A stretch of 64,000 nt of DNA from Candidatus Krumholzibacteriia bacterium (GCA_963825035.1 CAWGRT010000011.1:18874-82873), one strand, 5' to 3'. Positions 21,094 through 31,815 are shown, counted from the stretch's first letter. The notes: generated by a model not told the origin, from the sequence alone. Program-made: numbers and translations.

Positions 21094-21583
21094 GTGGTGT
21101 CCGGACTGAAGCACGTCGTCGGAGTATCCGAGATGAAGCTGTCCCGCTCGCCGGATGACATCATCGTCACCCACGCGCTGGGCAGCTGCCTGGGCATCGT
21201 GCTGTACGATCCCGGTCGCCAAGGTGGGCGGGATCCTGCCACGCGATGCTGCCCCAGGCCAGCGTCAACCCGCAGAAGGCCGAGGCCAACCCCTACGCCT
21301 TCGTGGACGTGGGCACGCCCGCCTACATCCAGCAGGCGCTGGCGGCGGGCGCGGCCAAGAACCGGCTGATCGTCAAGGTCGCCGGCGGCGCGTCCATGAA
21401 CAGCGGCGCCGACATGTTCGCCGTGGGCAAGCGCAACTTCCTGATGCTGCGCAAGGTCCTGTGGAAGCAGGGGCTGATGATCAAGAACCAGGACGTCGGG
21501 GGCACGATCTCGCGGACCCTGTACTTGGAGTTGGCGACCGGCCAGACCTGGATCGTCTCGAGGGGGAAAAATGGAGTTTGTAG
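21094..21583 (+). CDS. cheD: Chemoreceptor glutamine deamidase CheD, at least 2 apparent frameshifts
   Basis: GTG start after a GAAAGGAA RBS. The pieces are HVVGVSEMKLSRSPDDIIVTHALGSCLGIVLYDP, then AKVGGIL, then MLPQASVNPQKAEANPYAFVDVGTPAYIQQAL...LIVKVAGGASM...FAVGKRNFLMLRKVLWKQGLMIKNQDVGGTISRTLYLELATGQTWIVSRG. Confidence 0.8.
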
Positions 21584-22435
21584 TCGGACCCGTCGTCGCC
21601 GAGGAGATCGGCGGGATCGAGTCGATGCCGGCGGCGGTCACGCGCCTGGCGGCCATGATCGACGATCCCGACCGCCGACGCGGCGGCCATTGCCCGGGTG
21701 CTCGAACTCGACGCCCGCCTCACCGGCGACGTGCTGCGGCTGGCCAACTCGGCCTGGTCGCAGCCGTCCCGGCCCATCCTCACCGTCCGCGACGCGGTCA
21801 TGCGCATCGGTGCGGCGGTCATCCTCAAGCTGGCCGTCGGCTCGCGCACGGCCGCCGAGCTGGGCCGCCCGTCGGAAGGCTACGAACTGGCCGAGGGCGA
21901 GCTGTGGCGCCACAGCGTGGCCGCGGCCCTGGCCGCCGAGAAGATGCAGTCCTACGCCGACGGTGAAGATCCCCGGCGCGGCCTTCACCGCGGCCCTGCT
22001 GCACGACATCGGCAAGGTGCCGCTGAACCGCCGCCTCGGCGCCGACGGCCTGCGGCGACCTGTGGTCCCTGGTGGACGATGGGGGCTTGACGCCCCTGGC
22101 GGCGGAGCGGCGGCTGCTGGGCACCGACCACGCGGCCGCCGGCGAGGCCATCGCCCGCCAGTGGGGCCTGCCGGGATGCTGGCCGAGGCCATCGGCTCCC
22201 ACCACGACCCGGACGCCGAGCCGACGCCGTGTCCGACGCGGTGCACGTGGCCAACCTCGTGGCCAAGTTCATCGGCGTCGGGCTGGGCAGCGACGGCCTG
22301 GACATCGACATGAGCGATGCGGCGGCCCATCGGCTGGGCCTGACGAGCGATCGGTTGGAAGCCCTCTGCGCGGATGTCGCGGCGGGGCTCGCCGGCGCAA
22401 TCGAACTGTTTGAAGGAGAATCCCATGGCTCTTAG
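21571..22435 (+). CDS. HDOD-domain signalling protein, several apparent frameshifts
   Basis: The pieces are MEFVVGPVVAEEIGGIESMPAAVTRLAAMIDDPD, IARVLELDARLTGDVLRLANSAWSQPSRPILTVRDAVMRIGAAVILKLAVG, AAFTAALLHDIGKVPL, LLGTDHAAAGEAIARQWGLP and AIGSHHDPD...VHVANLVAKFIG. These are the typical HDOD motifs. Confidence 0.75.
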
Positions 22436-23332
22436 GGTGTTGATCGTCGACGACAGCGTCGCCATGCGCCGGATGCTGGTGCGGGCGCTGGGGATGACCG
22501 ACCTGGAGATCGGCGAGATCCTCCAGGCGGCCAACGGACAGGAGGGGCTGGACGTCATCATGTCGCAGCCCGTCGACCTCGCCCTCGTCGACATCCACAT
22601 GCCGGTGATGCGGGGCCCGGACATGATCCGCAAGGTGCGCGAGACGCCCGCGGTGGCCGGCCTGCCCTGCGTGGTCGTCTCGTCCGAGACCAGCGACTCG
22701 CGCATCCAGGAGATGGCCGACCTCGGCGTCTCGTTCGTGTGCAAGCCGTTCACGCCCGAGGACATCAGCGACGTGGTGGGCGAGGTGCTGTCCGGCGCCG
22801 CGCCGACGTCCGCGGGGCCGGCGGCCGAGCCGCCGCGCCGACGTCGGCCGAACTGATCGAGCGCCTGGGCCGCCAGGTCCTGGAGACCATGGCCTTCGCC
22901 TTCATCGTCGACGAGGAGGACGCGCCGCCGGCCGGGCCGGGCGTGCGCATCCGCTCGCGCATGCGCTTCGCCGGCCCCTTCAACGGCAGAGATCGCCATG
23001 GAGATGCCCATCGAGGCCCTCAGCGAGATCGCCGACAACATGCTGGGCGTCGACGGTGAGCCGGTGGCCAAGCAGCAGATGCTCGACGCCCTCGGCGAGC
23101 TGACCAACGTCTTCGGCGGCAACCTGCTGGCGGAGTTCGCCCACGGCGACGGCAAGTTCGAGCTGCAGCATCCCGGAGGTCGAGGAATTCTTGGCGAAGC
23201 CCGAGGACGAGGCGCAGGCGGACGACGCGGCCGCCTGCCGCATCTACTTCGGCGACGGCTGGGTGCGACATCGCGCTGGCCCTCGAGGGCGCGGCGCAGC
23301 CGGAACTGGTGCCGGGGCCGGGGAGGAACTGA
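22425..23332 (+). CDS. CheY-like receiver domain, apparently continuous with a CheX-like (CheC/CheX/FliY superfamily) domain; several apparent frameshifts
   Basis: The receiver is MALRVLIVDDSVAMRRML...DLALVDIHMPVMRGPDMIRKVR...VVVSSE...VCKPF, with a GAAGGAG RBS. The downstream CheX-like part is ELIERLGRQVLETMAFAFIV...RMRFAGPFNG, then MEMPIEALSEIADNMLGVDGEP...DALGELTNVFGGNLLAEF. There is no independent start codon for the CheX-like part. The stop TGA overlaps the cheB ATG at 23332. Confidence 0.6.
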
Positions 23333-24394
23333 TGGCGCGCAGGCCGATCAGGGTGCTGGTGGTGGACGACTCGGTGCCCGTGCAGAAGATCCTGACCCGC
23401 TACCTGGGCCGGGAGCCGGACATCGAGGTCGTGGGCACCGCGACCGATCCGTACGCGGCGCGGGACAAGATCCTGACCCTGCGGCCGGACGTGCTGACCC
23501 TGGACGTGGAGATGCCGCGCATGGACGGGCTGCAGTTCCTGGAGGTGCTCATGCGCCGCGCGCCCATGCCGGTGGTGCTGCACAGCTCGCTGGCCGCCAC
23601 CGGCGGCCCCACCTGGCTGCGGGCCATGGAGCTGGGCGCGGTGGACGCGGTCTGGAAGCCGCGCACCGCCGAGCAGCTCGTGCAGCGCACGGGACTGCTG
23701 GCCGAGAAGATCCGCATCGCCGCCGGGGCCCGGGTCAAGCGCCTGGTCGATCCCGACGGCCGGCCGCGGCGCGGCCGGCCCCGCCGGCCAACGCCCCGCG
23801 GCTGCCGCGGCGCGGCCTGCTGCTCATCGGCGCCTCGACGGGCGGACCGCCCGCGGTGGAGAAGGTGATCTCGGCGCTGCCCGAGGGCGCGCCGCCCACC
23901 CTGGTGGTGCAGCACATGCCCAAGCTGTTCACCGGCGCCTTCGCCAAGCGGCTGGACGAACGGGCGGCCGTCACGGTGATCGAGGCGGCCGGCGGCGAGA
24001 AGCTGCGGCCGGGCCACGTCTACATCGCGCCGGGCGACCGGCACCTGGTGCTGCAGCGCGCGGGCCTGGAGCTGCGGACGCAGCTCACCGACGACGAGAA
24101 GGTGCACTCGTGCCGCCCCGCGGTCGACGTGCTCTTCGGCTCGGTCGGCCCGGCTTGGCGCCGCCGACGTGACCGCCGTGGTGCTGACGGGCATGGGCTG
24201 CGACGGCGCGGCCGGCCTGCTGGCCCTGCGCCAGGCGGGCGCGGTGACCATCGGCCAGGACGAGGCCTCGTGCGTCGTCTACGGCATGCCCAAGGCGGCG
24301 GCCGATGCCGGCGCGGTGGAACACGTCCTGTCCCTGGACGAGATCGCCGCCGGGCTCGGCGCCGCCTACCGCGGCGTCGGCACGCGCCGGCTGA
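23332..24394 (+). CDS. cheB: Chemotaxis response regulator protein-glutamate methylesterase CheB, at least 3 apparent frameshifts
   Basis: The receiver is [25 protein letters not shown]...[19 protein letters not shown]. The esterase part is [73 protein letters not shown] and [16 protein letters not shown]. The 3' end is approximate. Confidence 0.85.
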
Positions 24395-24428
24395 GACCGC
24401 GAAGCGGAACAGCAAGGAGAAGATCGGG

Positions 24429-24883
24429 ATGGAGGTCCTGGAAAGCAGGCTGCTGGAGCAGGTGGAGACGGTGCTGTGCTCCCTGCGCGAGGACGAGGTC
24501 GAGGCCCTGGACGCACCCGAGTACGGCGACCGCGAGACCGAGTACCGCATCACCAGCTGCGTGCACGTCTCGGGCAACTGGCAGGGGGCCGTGGCGGCCG
24601 AGTGCAGCTACGCGCATGGCCGTCGACATCGCCGCGGCCATGTTCGAGATGGAGCCGGACGAGATGTCCGAGGACGAGGTGCGCGACGCCTTCGGCGAGG
24701 TGGCGAACCTGCTGGCGGGCCAGTTCAAGACGGACCTGCCCGAGGGCTGCGGCCTGTCCCTGCCCACGGTGACCAAGGGCCTGGACTACCTCATCAACGT
24801 GCCGGGCAGCAACGCTGACCCAGCGGGCCTGCGCCCGCCAGGGCGGACAGTGCATGATCGTCTCGATCTTCGAGCGCAGGTAG
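24429..24883 (+). CDS. cheX: CheX-like chemotaxis phosphatase, at least 2 apparent frameshifts
   Basis: An AAGGAGA RBS precedes the start. The pieces are [19 protein letters not shown]...[23 protein letters not shown], then [41 protein letters not shown]...LSLPTV. This includes the D-x3-E-x2-N motif. The 3' end is approximate. Confidence 0.6.
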
Positions 24884-24939
24884 GACAAGACCACGGCGCG
24901 GGCCGCGCAGGCGCGGTCCGGTGGCGAGGAGGAAGACCA

Positions 24940-25303
24940 ATGAAGCTGCTGGTAGTCGACGACAGCAAGGCCATGCGGATGATCGTCAAGCGGACGCTCC
25001 GCCAGGCCGGATACGAGAACTGCGAGGTCGAGGAGGCCGAGAACGGCGTCCAGGCCCTGGACCAAGATCAAGGCCGGCGCCTACGATCTGGTGCTCTCGG
25101 ACTGGAACATGCCCGAGATGAACGGCATCGACCTGCTCGAGGCCCTCAAGGCCGAGGGCAACGCCACGCCGTTCGGGTTCGTCACCACCGAGGGGACGCC
25201 CGAGATGCGTGATCGCGCCCACAAGGCCGGCGCCCTCTTCCTGATCGCCAAGCCCTTCACCGCCGAGACGTTCCAGCACGAACTCCGCGGCGTGATGGCC
25301 TGA
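24940..25303 (+). CDS. cheY: Chemotaxis response regulator CheY, one apparent frameshift near 25065
   Basis: The first piece is [41 protein letters not shown]. After the frame change it continues [64 protein letters not shown] (ORF 25091..25303). Confidence 0.85.
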
Positions 25304-25345
25304 ACCGGCGCCGCTCCCGCGGCGGCGAAAAGAGGTGGATCGACG

Positions 25346-25844
25346 ATGGCAGAAGCCGAACTCAGTGCAGCTGCAACTGCCGAAACCCCGCGAGGTGGCG
25401 CAGCTGCTGGCCGACACCCTCGGCCGCGAGGTGCCACCAGACGCGCGAGAGCGCGGCCTGCCGACATCGCCGAGGCGATGTCCGGCTTCTACATGAACGC
25501 GCGACGGCACCGAGGGCATCGTCTGCGTCAGCGACGTGCCCCTGGTCAACTACGCCGGGGCGGCGCTGGCGCTGATCCCGGCGAACATCGCCGAGGACGG
25601 CGCCCGGCGGTACCAGCTCTCCGACGCGGTCATCGAGAACTACTTCGAGGTCCTGAACATCATGGGCGCCTTGCTGAACCAGGTTTGCGCCGAGCACGTG
25701 CGCCTGGTGGACGTGAAGTACCCCGGGGACGAGCTGCCCGCGCCCGTGGCCGCGATGCTGGCCGCCTGCGAGCGCCGGCACGACCTGTTCCTGGACATCG
25801 AGGACTACGGCCAGGGCACCATGACCCTGCTGCACGTGCCCTGA
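25346..25844 (+). CDS. Hypothetical protein at the end of the che cluster (possibly a third CheX/CheC-like protein), apparent frameshifts
   Basis: The C-terminal 102 aa are clean (ORF 25536..25844): MPLVNYAGAALALIPANIAEDGARRYQLSDAVIENYFEVLNIMGALLNQ...DIEDYGQGTMTLLHVP. The N-terminal part is spread over other frames (QLQLPKPREVAQLLADTLGREV ... ADIAEAMSGFYMN). The start is uncertain. Confidence 0.45.
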
Positions 25845-25967
25845 CGCGGCGGCGCCCGCGCGGCCCCGCCCCGCGCCGGGGCGGGGCCGTCGCGTTCCGG
25901 AGCGAATCGCTCTTGCCAGCACGGCCGTTCAGGGTACGTAGGGGAGGATTCCCGAGGGAGGTTTGCC

Positions 25968-26836
25968 ATGACGCGCACGGAGGCGCCGGTCGAGGCGGTT
26001 CTCGCCTGGGCCGCGGACATCCATCTGGACCACGCCGGTCCGGCCCGCAGCGGGACGCTTCATCGCCGAGCTGGCCGCCGCCGCGCCCGACGCCGTGCTG
26101 CTGGGCGGCGACATCAGCGTGGGCCCGACGTGGTGGAGGACCTGCAGCGCATCGCCCGCGGCGGTGCGACCGCCCCGTCCACTTCGTCATGGGCAACCAC
26201 GACTACTGGGGCTGGTCGGTCTCCGGGCGCGCGCAGCGTGCTGTCGCGGCTGACCGGCCCGGACGCTGCACTGGCTGCCCGCCGTGGGCTGCGTCGAGGT
26301 GGCCGAGGGCGTGGGCCTGGTGGGCTGCGGCGGCTGGGGCGACGCCCGCCACGGCGACCTGCTCTCCTCCGACGTCGTGCTCAACGACTACGTCCACATC
26401 CAGGAGCTGGAGGAGGTCTTCGTGCACGGCCCGGACACCTGGGAACTGGAGGGCCAGCATGCGCTGGTGGCGCGCCTGCGGCAGCTGGGCGACGAGGCCG
26501 CCGCGGTCCTCGAGCCGGCCCTGCACACGGCGGCGTCCCTCTACACCCAGGTCATCGTCCTGACCCACGTGCCGCCGTTCCCCGAGGCCGCCTTCCGGAC
26601 GGTCGGCCCCTGGACGAGGCCTGGCTCCACGGCTACTGCTGCGGCGCGGTGGGCGAGGCCATCGAACGGGTGGCCCGCAGCCGCCGCGGCACCGACTTCA
26701 CCGTGCTCTGTGGCCACACCCACGGCGAGGGTCGCGTCGAGCTCCGCGACAACCTGGTGGCCCTGAACGGCGAGGCCCGTACGGGCACCCCCGCTTCCGG
26801 CTGCTGGCAGGTCTCCCGCGAGGGCATCGGGTCATG
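25968..26836 (+). CDS. Calcineurin-like metallophosphoesterase, many apparent frameshifts
   Basis: The motifs are in the right order but in different frames: AADIHLDH, LLGGDIS, VHFVMGNHDYWGW, VGLVGCGGWGD, VIVLTHVPPF and FTVLCGHTHGEGRVEL. The 3' end is not resolved. Confidence 0.65.
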
Positions 26837-27337
26837 TCGCCGGCCGACGGCGCCGCGGCGCTGGCGGGCGGACCGCCCGTGACCCCGCGTCCGCGCCCGC
26901 GGCGGCCAGGGCCGCCGAGCTTCCCGGTCTCCAGCTGCGACTGCGAGCGCTGCCGCGCCGCCTGCCTCAATTCGCCCGGCTGGTTCACCCCCGACCAGAT
27001 CGCGCCCCTGGCCCGCCACCTGGGCCTGACGGTGGAGGAGACGTTCACCCGCCACCTGGCCGTGGGCGTGACCAGGATGGCCGACGGCACCCTGCGCCAC
27101 GGCGTCATGCCCCACAAGTTCCGCGACGGGAAGAAGCCCGGCAGCGTCTGGACCCTGGCGGAACTGGCCCGACCCGGCCGCTGCATCTTCTTCGACCGGG
27201 GCAGCTGCGGCATCTACCCGGTCCGGCCCTACGAGTGCGCCCGCATGATCCACGACCGGGCCGACGAGGCGGTCCGCCTGCGCCTGACCATCGTCCCCGC
27301 TGGACCGAGAAGGCCCTGGCGCCCTTCGCGGAGCTGA
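26834..27337 (+). CDS. YkgJ-family (UPF0153) Cys-cluster zinc/iron-chelating protein; the C-terminus is probably frameshifted
   Basis: The motifs are SSCDCERCRAACLNSPGWFTPDQIAPLARHLGLTVEE and GRCIFFDRGSCGIYPVRPYECARM. The alternative frame (ORF 27235..27459) gives a more protein-like end, WTEKALAPFAELTGQ. Confidence 0.55.
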   Translation: MSPADGAAALAGGPPVTPRPRPRRPGPPSFPVSSCDCERCRAACLNSPGWFTPDQIAPLARHLGLTVEETFTRHLAVGVTRMADGTLRHGVMPHKFRDGKKPGSVWTLAELARPGRCIFFDRGSCGIYPVRPYECARMIHDRADEAVRLRLTIVPAGPRRPWRPSRS

Positions 27338-27461
27338 CGGGTCAGCGTCTGTTCGGTTCGGCGCCCGGGCGGCGCGGCGGCGTCCGCGCTGACCGCGCGG
27401 GTCTCTGTCTGGTTATCACGAAATTGTCGAAACACGATCCGCCGTTATCTGTCCCGTGAAT

Positions 27462-27490
27462 TTGACGTTTTCGTTGTTTTCGCTTGTAGT
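27462..27490 (+). promoter_or_regulatory. Candidate sigma-70-type promoter in an AT-rich island upstream of the vWA lipoprotein gene
   Basis: TTGACG, a 17-nt spacer, then TGTAGT. It lies about 110 nt upstream of the ATG at 27603, in the only AT-rich stretch of this neighbourhood. Confidence 0.3.
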
Positions 27491-27602
27491 CTGCGGCCTC
27501 GGCGGGGTCTCCTCGTGGCGCGCCGAATCGGCGCAGGCGGAGGCGCCGATCCAGCCGATTCATCTGATGCGAGATGCGGTATCCCGGGGGAGGCATACCA
27601 CC

Positions 27603-29321
27603 ATGAAGCGAATCATGATCGTCATTGCGCCCGCGGTCGCTGCTGATCGCGGGCCTCGTCGGCTGTTCCGGCGACCAGACCGCACCGTCCGGCAGAAACG
27701 TGCCGTGCGCTGGTCTGCGGACAAGACCATCGGCCCGAGCGAGATCGTCCTGGCCCTGGACGTGTCCGACGCCGTGGGCCACGCGACCCGTCGGCCCTGC
27801 TCGCGGCCGCCGCCGGCGGCGCCTGGCCGACCGGCGACCTGGTGCCCGCCGACGGCTCGGTGTCCGTGGCCGCGGTGGTCTACGGCGACACCACCGCGGG
27901 CCGCTTCGCCGGCCTGGTGCCGGTGACATCCGACAACCTCGCCGACGTCATCCTGCCCGCGTCTGGCGGGCCTGGCCGACGACCGCCTCGTCAGCGGCGC
28001 CGGCGCCGACCTGGCCGGCGCCATGGACCTCGCGCGGGCCAGTGCTGGCCGCCGGCCAGACCGCCGACCGCCACGTGCTGGTGCTGGGCTCCGGCGCCGC
28101 GGCCGACACCGCGGGGGTGGCCGCGGCCTGCGCCGACCTCAGGCCGGCGGCGTCATGGTCTCGGCGGTCACCCTGGGCGAGGGCGCGCCGCTGGCGGCCT
28201 GCGCCGCGGCCACCGGCGGCTTCTTCGCCGGCGATGGTGGACGACGCCGACGACCGCCGCGGTCGGGCCCTGGCCTACATGCTGCAGGCGGACCTGGACC
28301 TGACCGGCTCGGCCGCCGAACTGGCGCGGGGCGCGGACGTTCACCGCCACGGCGCACTTCTACCGCGGCGGCGACCCCGAGGCCTATCCGCTGGTCGGCC
28401 GCGACGTGACCTTCGCCGTGGTGGACGGCCCCAACGCGGGCATCCGGTGACGGCGACCACCGACACCGCCGGCCGGGCGCAGGCTCGACCTACGCGGGCG
28501 ACGGCGGACCGGGTACCGACACGTCGTGGCCGCCGCCGTGCACCCGGGCACCGGCACCAGGCGCTGACCGACACCGTGACCGTCGCCTGGACGAAACGCC
28601 GCGCCGGACTGCGACGCCGGCGGGCCCTACGCCGCGGTGGTCGAGGGCGACACGGTGCGCGTCATGCTCGACGCCACCGGCACCATCCGACGCCGACGGC
28701 GACAGCCTGACCTTCGCCTGGAGCGTGCGACTGCGACGAGCGGTGTTCGACGATGCGACCTCGCCACGCCGCACGCTCGACCTCACCGGGGACTGCCTGT
28801 GCGCCGACACGCTGACGGTCGTGCTGCAGGTCGACGACGGTTACGCCGCCTCCACCTGCGAGGCGCCGGTCGCGCTGGACGGACCGGCGTCCGCCCGTGA
28901 TGGAGTCCGTCAGCGGCCCCGCTCGTGCTCTGGCCGCCGAACCACAAGTACGTCACATACACGCCGGACATGTTCATCATCCGGGCGCGAGGACGCCTGC
29001 GGCCGGCCCGCTCGACCTGCCGGGTGTCAGGTGGTGGAGGTCCGCAGCGACGAGCCCGACGACGCCAGCGGCGACGGCCGCACCAGCAACGACATCGTCG
29101 ATCGAGTGTCCGAACACTGGTGCAGCTGCGGGCCGAGCGCATGGGCGGCGGCGACGGCCGGGTCTACACCATCATCTACCGCTGGTCGACGAGGACGGCT
29201 GAGGCCACGGACTTGGAGGGCCGGGTCGTCGTGCCCCACGACGCGGCTCGTCGGACCGCCGGCCTGGACGCGCGGCGGATTCACCGTCACGCCCGACTGC
29301 GACGCCGGACGCTGGCCTTAG
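27603..29321 (+). CDS. Lipoprotein with a vWA-like domain and Ig/PKD-like repeats, many apparent frameshifts
   Basis: The lipobox appears after one frame change: MKRIMIVIA + [13 protein letters not shown]. Other pieces are [126 protein letters not shown] and [10 protein letters not shown]. This is a reconstruction only. Confidence 0.45.
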
Positions 29322-29431
29322 TCCGCCCTCGACCGGCGCCCACAGGGCCGGCGGCCCCATGCCGCCGGCCCGACTTTTCCCCGGCGCCGTCGCACGGCAG
29401 ACAGACCAGCGCCCATGGCTAGGATCGGCCC

Positions 29432-30641
29432 ATGGAGCCTCTGCCACGCCTCCCGCGGCGCCCCGGCCGAGCCGCCTGGTCGCCCTGGACGCCTTCCGCG
29501 GCCTGACCGTGGCCCTGATGATCCTGGTGAACAACCCGGGCAGCTGGGCCCACATCTATCCGCCCTTCCGCCACGCCGCCTGGGCGCGGCCTGACGCCCA
29601 CGGACCTGGTCTTCCCCTTCTTCCTGTTCATCGTGGGCGCGGCCCTGGCCCTCAGCTTCGGGCGGCGCGCGGCGGCCGGGGCCTCGCGCGCCGACCTGGG
29701 CCGCAAGATCGCCACGCGCTCGGCGCTCATCTTCCTGTGCGGGCTGCTGCTGAACGGCTTCCCCTTCGGCCTGCCGCTCAACGCCGAGGCCGCCGCCCGG
29801 ATTCGGCTCGGGCACGGTGCTGGAGAGCCTGCGCACCCTGCGCATCATGGGCGTGCTGCAGCGCATCGCCCTGGCCTACGGCCTGGCGCCGCGCTGATCG
29901 TCACCTTCCTGCCGCGGGCCCGGGCCCGCGCTGCTCGCGGGACTCGGCGCGATCGTCCTGTACGAGCTGCTGATGCGCCTGCCCCTGGTCGCCGGCTGGG
30001 GCGGCGGCAGCTTCGCGCCCGCCGACAACTTCGCCCGCCTGGTGGACCTGAAGATCTTCGGCGAGGCCCACGTCTGGCGCGGCGACGGCCTGCCCTTCGA
30101 TCCCGAGGGTCTGGTCTCCACCCTGCCGGCGATCGTCACGGTGCTGCTGGGCCACGCGGCCGGCCTGATCCTGCGGGGCGACCGGCCCCTGGGCGCACGC
30201 CTGCGCCTGCTGACCCTGGCCGGGGCGATCGGCACGGCGGCCGGCCTGCTGCTGGCCCTGGTCGAGCCGGTGATCAAGCAGCTTTGGACCACCAGTTACA
30301 CGGTGTTGACCGCTGGCCTGGCGGCCCTGGTGCTGGCGGTGTGCCTGGCGGTGATCGACGGCCGCGGCTGGCGCCGGGGCACGCGGCCGGCGGTGATCTT
30401 CGGCCTCAACCCGTTGGTGGCGTTCCTGGGCTCGGGGTTGCTGGCGCGGGTGCTGGGGCAGGTGCGCGTGCCGGGGCCGGAGGGCGCGGCGGTCAGCGTG
30501 CACCACTGGCTGTACGCGGAGGTCTGCCGGCCGCTGCTGGGACCGACGGGCGGCTCGCTGCTGTACGCGCTGGGCAACGTCGCGCTTCTGGCTGGGCGTG
30601 CTGTGGCTGATGGGAGGCGGGGGATCCGGGTGAAGATCTAG
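29432..30641 (+). CDS. Heparan-alpha-glucosaminide N-acetyltransferase-like membrane acyltransferase (DUF1624/DUF5009), at least 5 apparent frameshifts
   Basis: The pieces are [73 protein letters not shown], the long clean ORF 29973..30641 ([20 protein letters not shown]...[14 protein letters not shown]...[12 protein letters not shown]), and FWLGVLWLM + RGIRVKI-stop. The start codon is uncertain. Confidence 0.65.
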
Positions 30642-30650
30642 CCCGGATCG

Positions 30651-31649
30651 TCAGGCGTACGCGTCCACCTTCAGCCCGCGGATGGACATGGTCGTGTCCA
30701 GCCCCTTCTGCGCCGCGCCGATCTGCAGCTCCAGCCGGCCCAGCAGCCCGTCCTGCCCCTCGCTCGCCGAGCCGAACAGCATGGTCTCCACCGCGGCAGG
30801 GCGGTGGCGGATGGCGTCCACCAGGCGCTTGGCCGTGCGTTCGGTGAACGAGACCACGCCCCCGGACTCGGCCTCGAAGTCGCGGCTGAAGCCGAGGTCC
30901 CCCGGCAGACCGGTGGTCTCCGCGCCCCAGAAGCCCTCGATGGCCTTCTGCAGGCCCTTGCGGGTGTTGGTCAGGGCGGAGGTGGGTTCGCCGTCGGCGG
31001 CGTCCCCGCCGAAGATGTCGTTGATGACCGCCATGGCGTCGGCCAGGGCCTCGGCCACGTCGTCGGCGCGGCCCCAGGACATGCCGGGGGTGTGCCCGCC
31101 CGCCTGGGGGCTGCGGCTGCCGGCGGAGACGCCCAGGGCGGCCAGCAGGCCCGAACCGCCGTCGGCCAGGGTCAGGTCCGACGCGTTGTCGTCGGCGGTG
31201 ATCTGCAGGCGCAGGCCCGTGTCGTCCAGGGAGGCCGTGGCTCCGGTGCCCGCGCTGTTGATGCGGTCGATGACGTCCTGCAGGCTGTCGGTCGCAGGAT
31301 CGAAGGCCACGCTGCTGCCGTTGACGGACAGGGTGCCGGCCGACACGTCGGCGAAGGGGGTCAACCCGGCCATGGCGACGGTGGCGTCGCTCTGCTGGGA
31401 CAGCACGGCGCGCGACAGCGCCAGCGCCGGGCCGGCGGGCAGCTTCTGGTCCGAGCGCTGCCAGGTATCCTGGATCACGGCCAGGGCGTGCTTCAGCTCG
31501 CCCAGCTTCTTCTGCAGGTACTCCAGCTGCGAACGCTCTTCCGCATCCCGGTCCAGCTTGGCCTGGGCGGTGTCGTTGGCGCTGCGGGCCGCCGCCGCCG
31601 AAGGATAGGCGGACGTCAGCCCCGAGGTGTCGATGGACCCGATGTTCAA
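30651..31649 (-). CDS. Hypothetical protein with weak flagellar cap (FliD)-like features, TTG start
   Basis: Lies within ORF 30651..32033. A GGAAGGAG RBS sits 6 nt before a TTG (LNIGSIDTSGLTSAY). There is a coiled-coil segment (EERSQLEYLQKKLGELKHAL). The FliD-like central pattern is GTLSVNGSSVAFDPATDSLQDVIDRINSAGTGATASLDDTGLRLQITADDNASDLTL. There is no signal peptide. Confidence 0.5.
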   Translation of the reverse strand: MNIGSIDTSGLTSAYPSAAAARSANDTAQAKLDRDAEERSQLEYLQKKLGELKHALAVIQDTWQRSDQKLPAGPALALSRAVLSQQSDATVAMAGLTPFADVSAGTLSVNGSSVAFDPATDSLQDVIDRINSAGTGATASLDDTGLRLQITADDNASDLTLADGGSGLLAALGVSAGSRSPQAGGHTPGMSWGRADDVAEALADAMAVINDIFGGDAADGEPTSALTNTRKGLQKAIEGFWGAETTGLPGDLGFSRDFEAESGGVVSFTERTAKRLVDAIRHRPAAVETMLFGSASEGQDGLLGRLELQIGAAQKGLDTTMSIRGLKVDAYA

Positions 31650-31815
31650 GGCGGACTCCTTCCGCGCTCGGGTGCCGGCCGCCGGCTCCGTCGGGCGGCC
31701 TTTCACCTCTCTCTTATCGGCCGGAACCCCCGCCGGATTGAGCCCCATCCCGCGCACCGCCTGGACAGCGGACATGACTGGTCTAGATTGTGGCCAACAC
31801 TTCCGGGAGGTGCCA

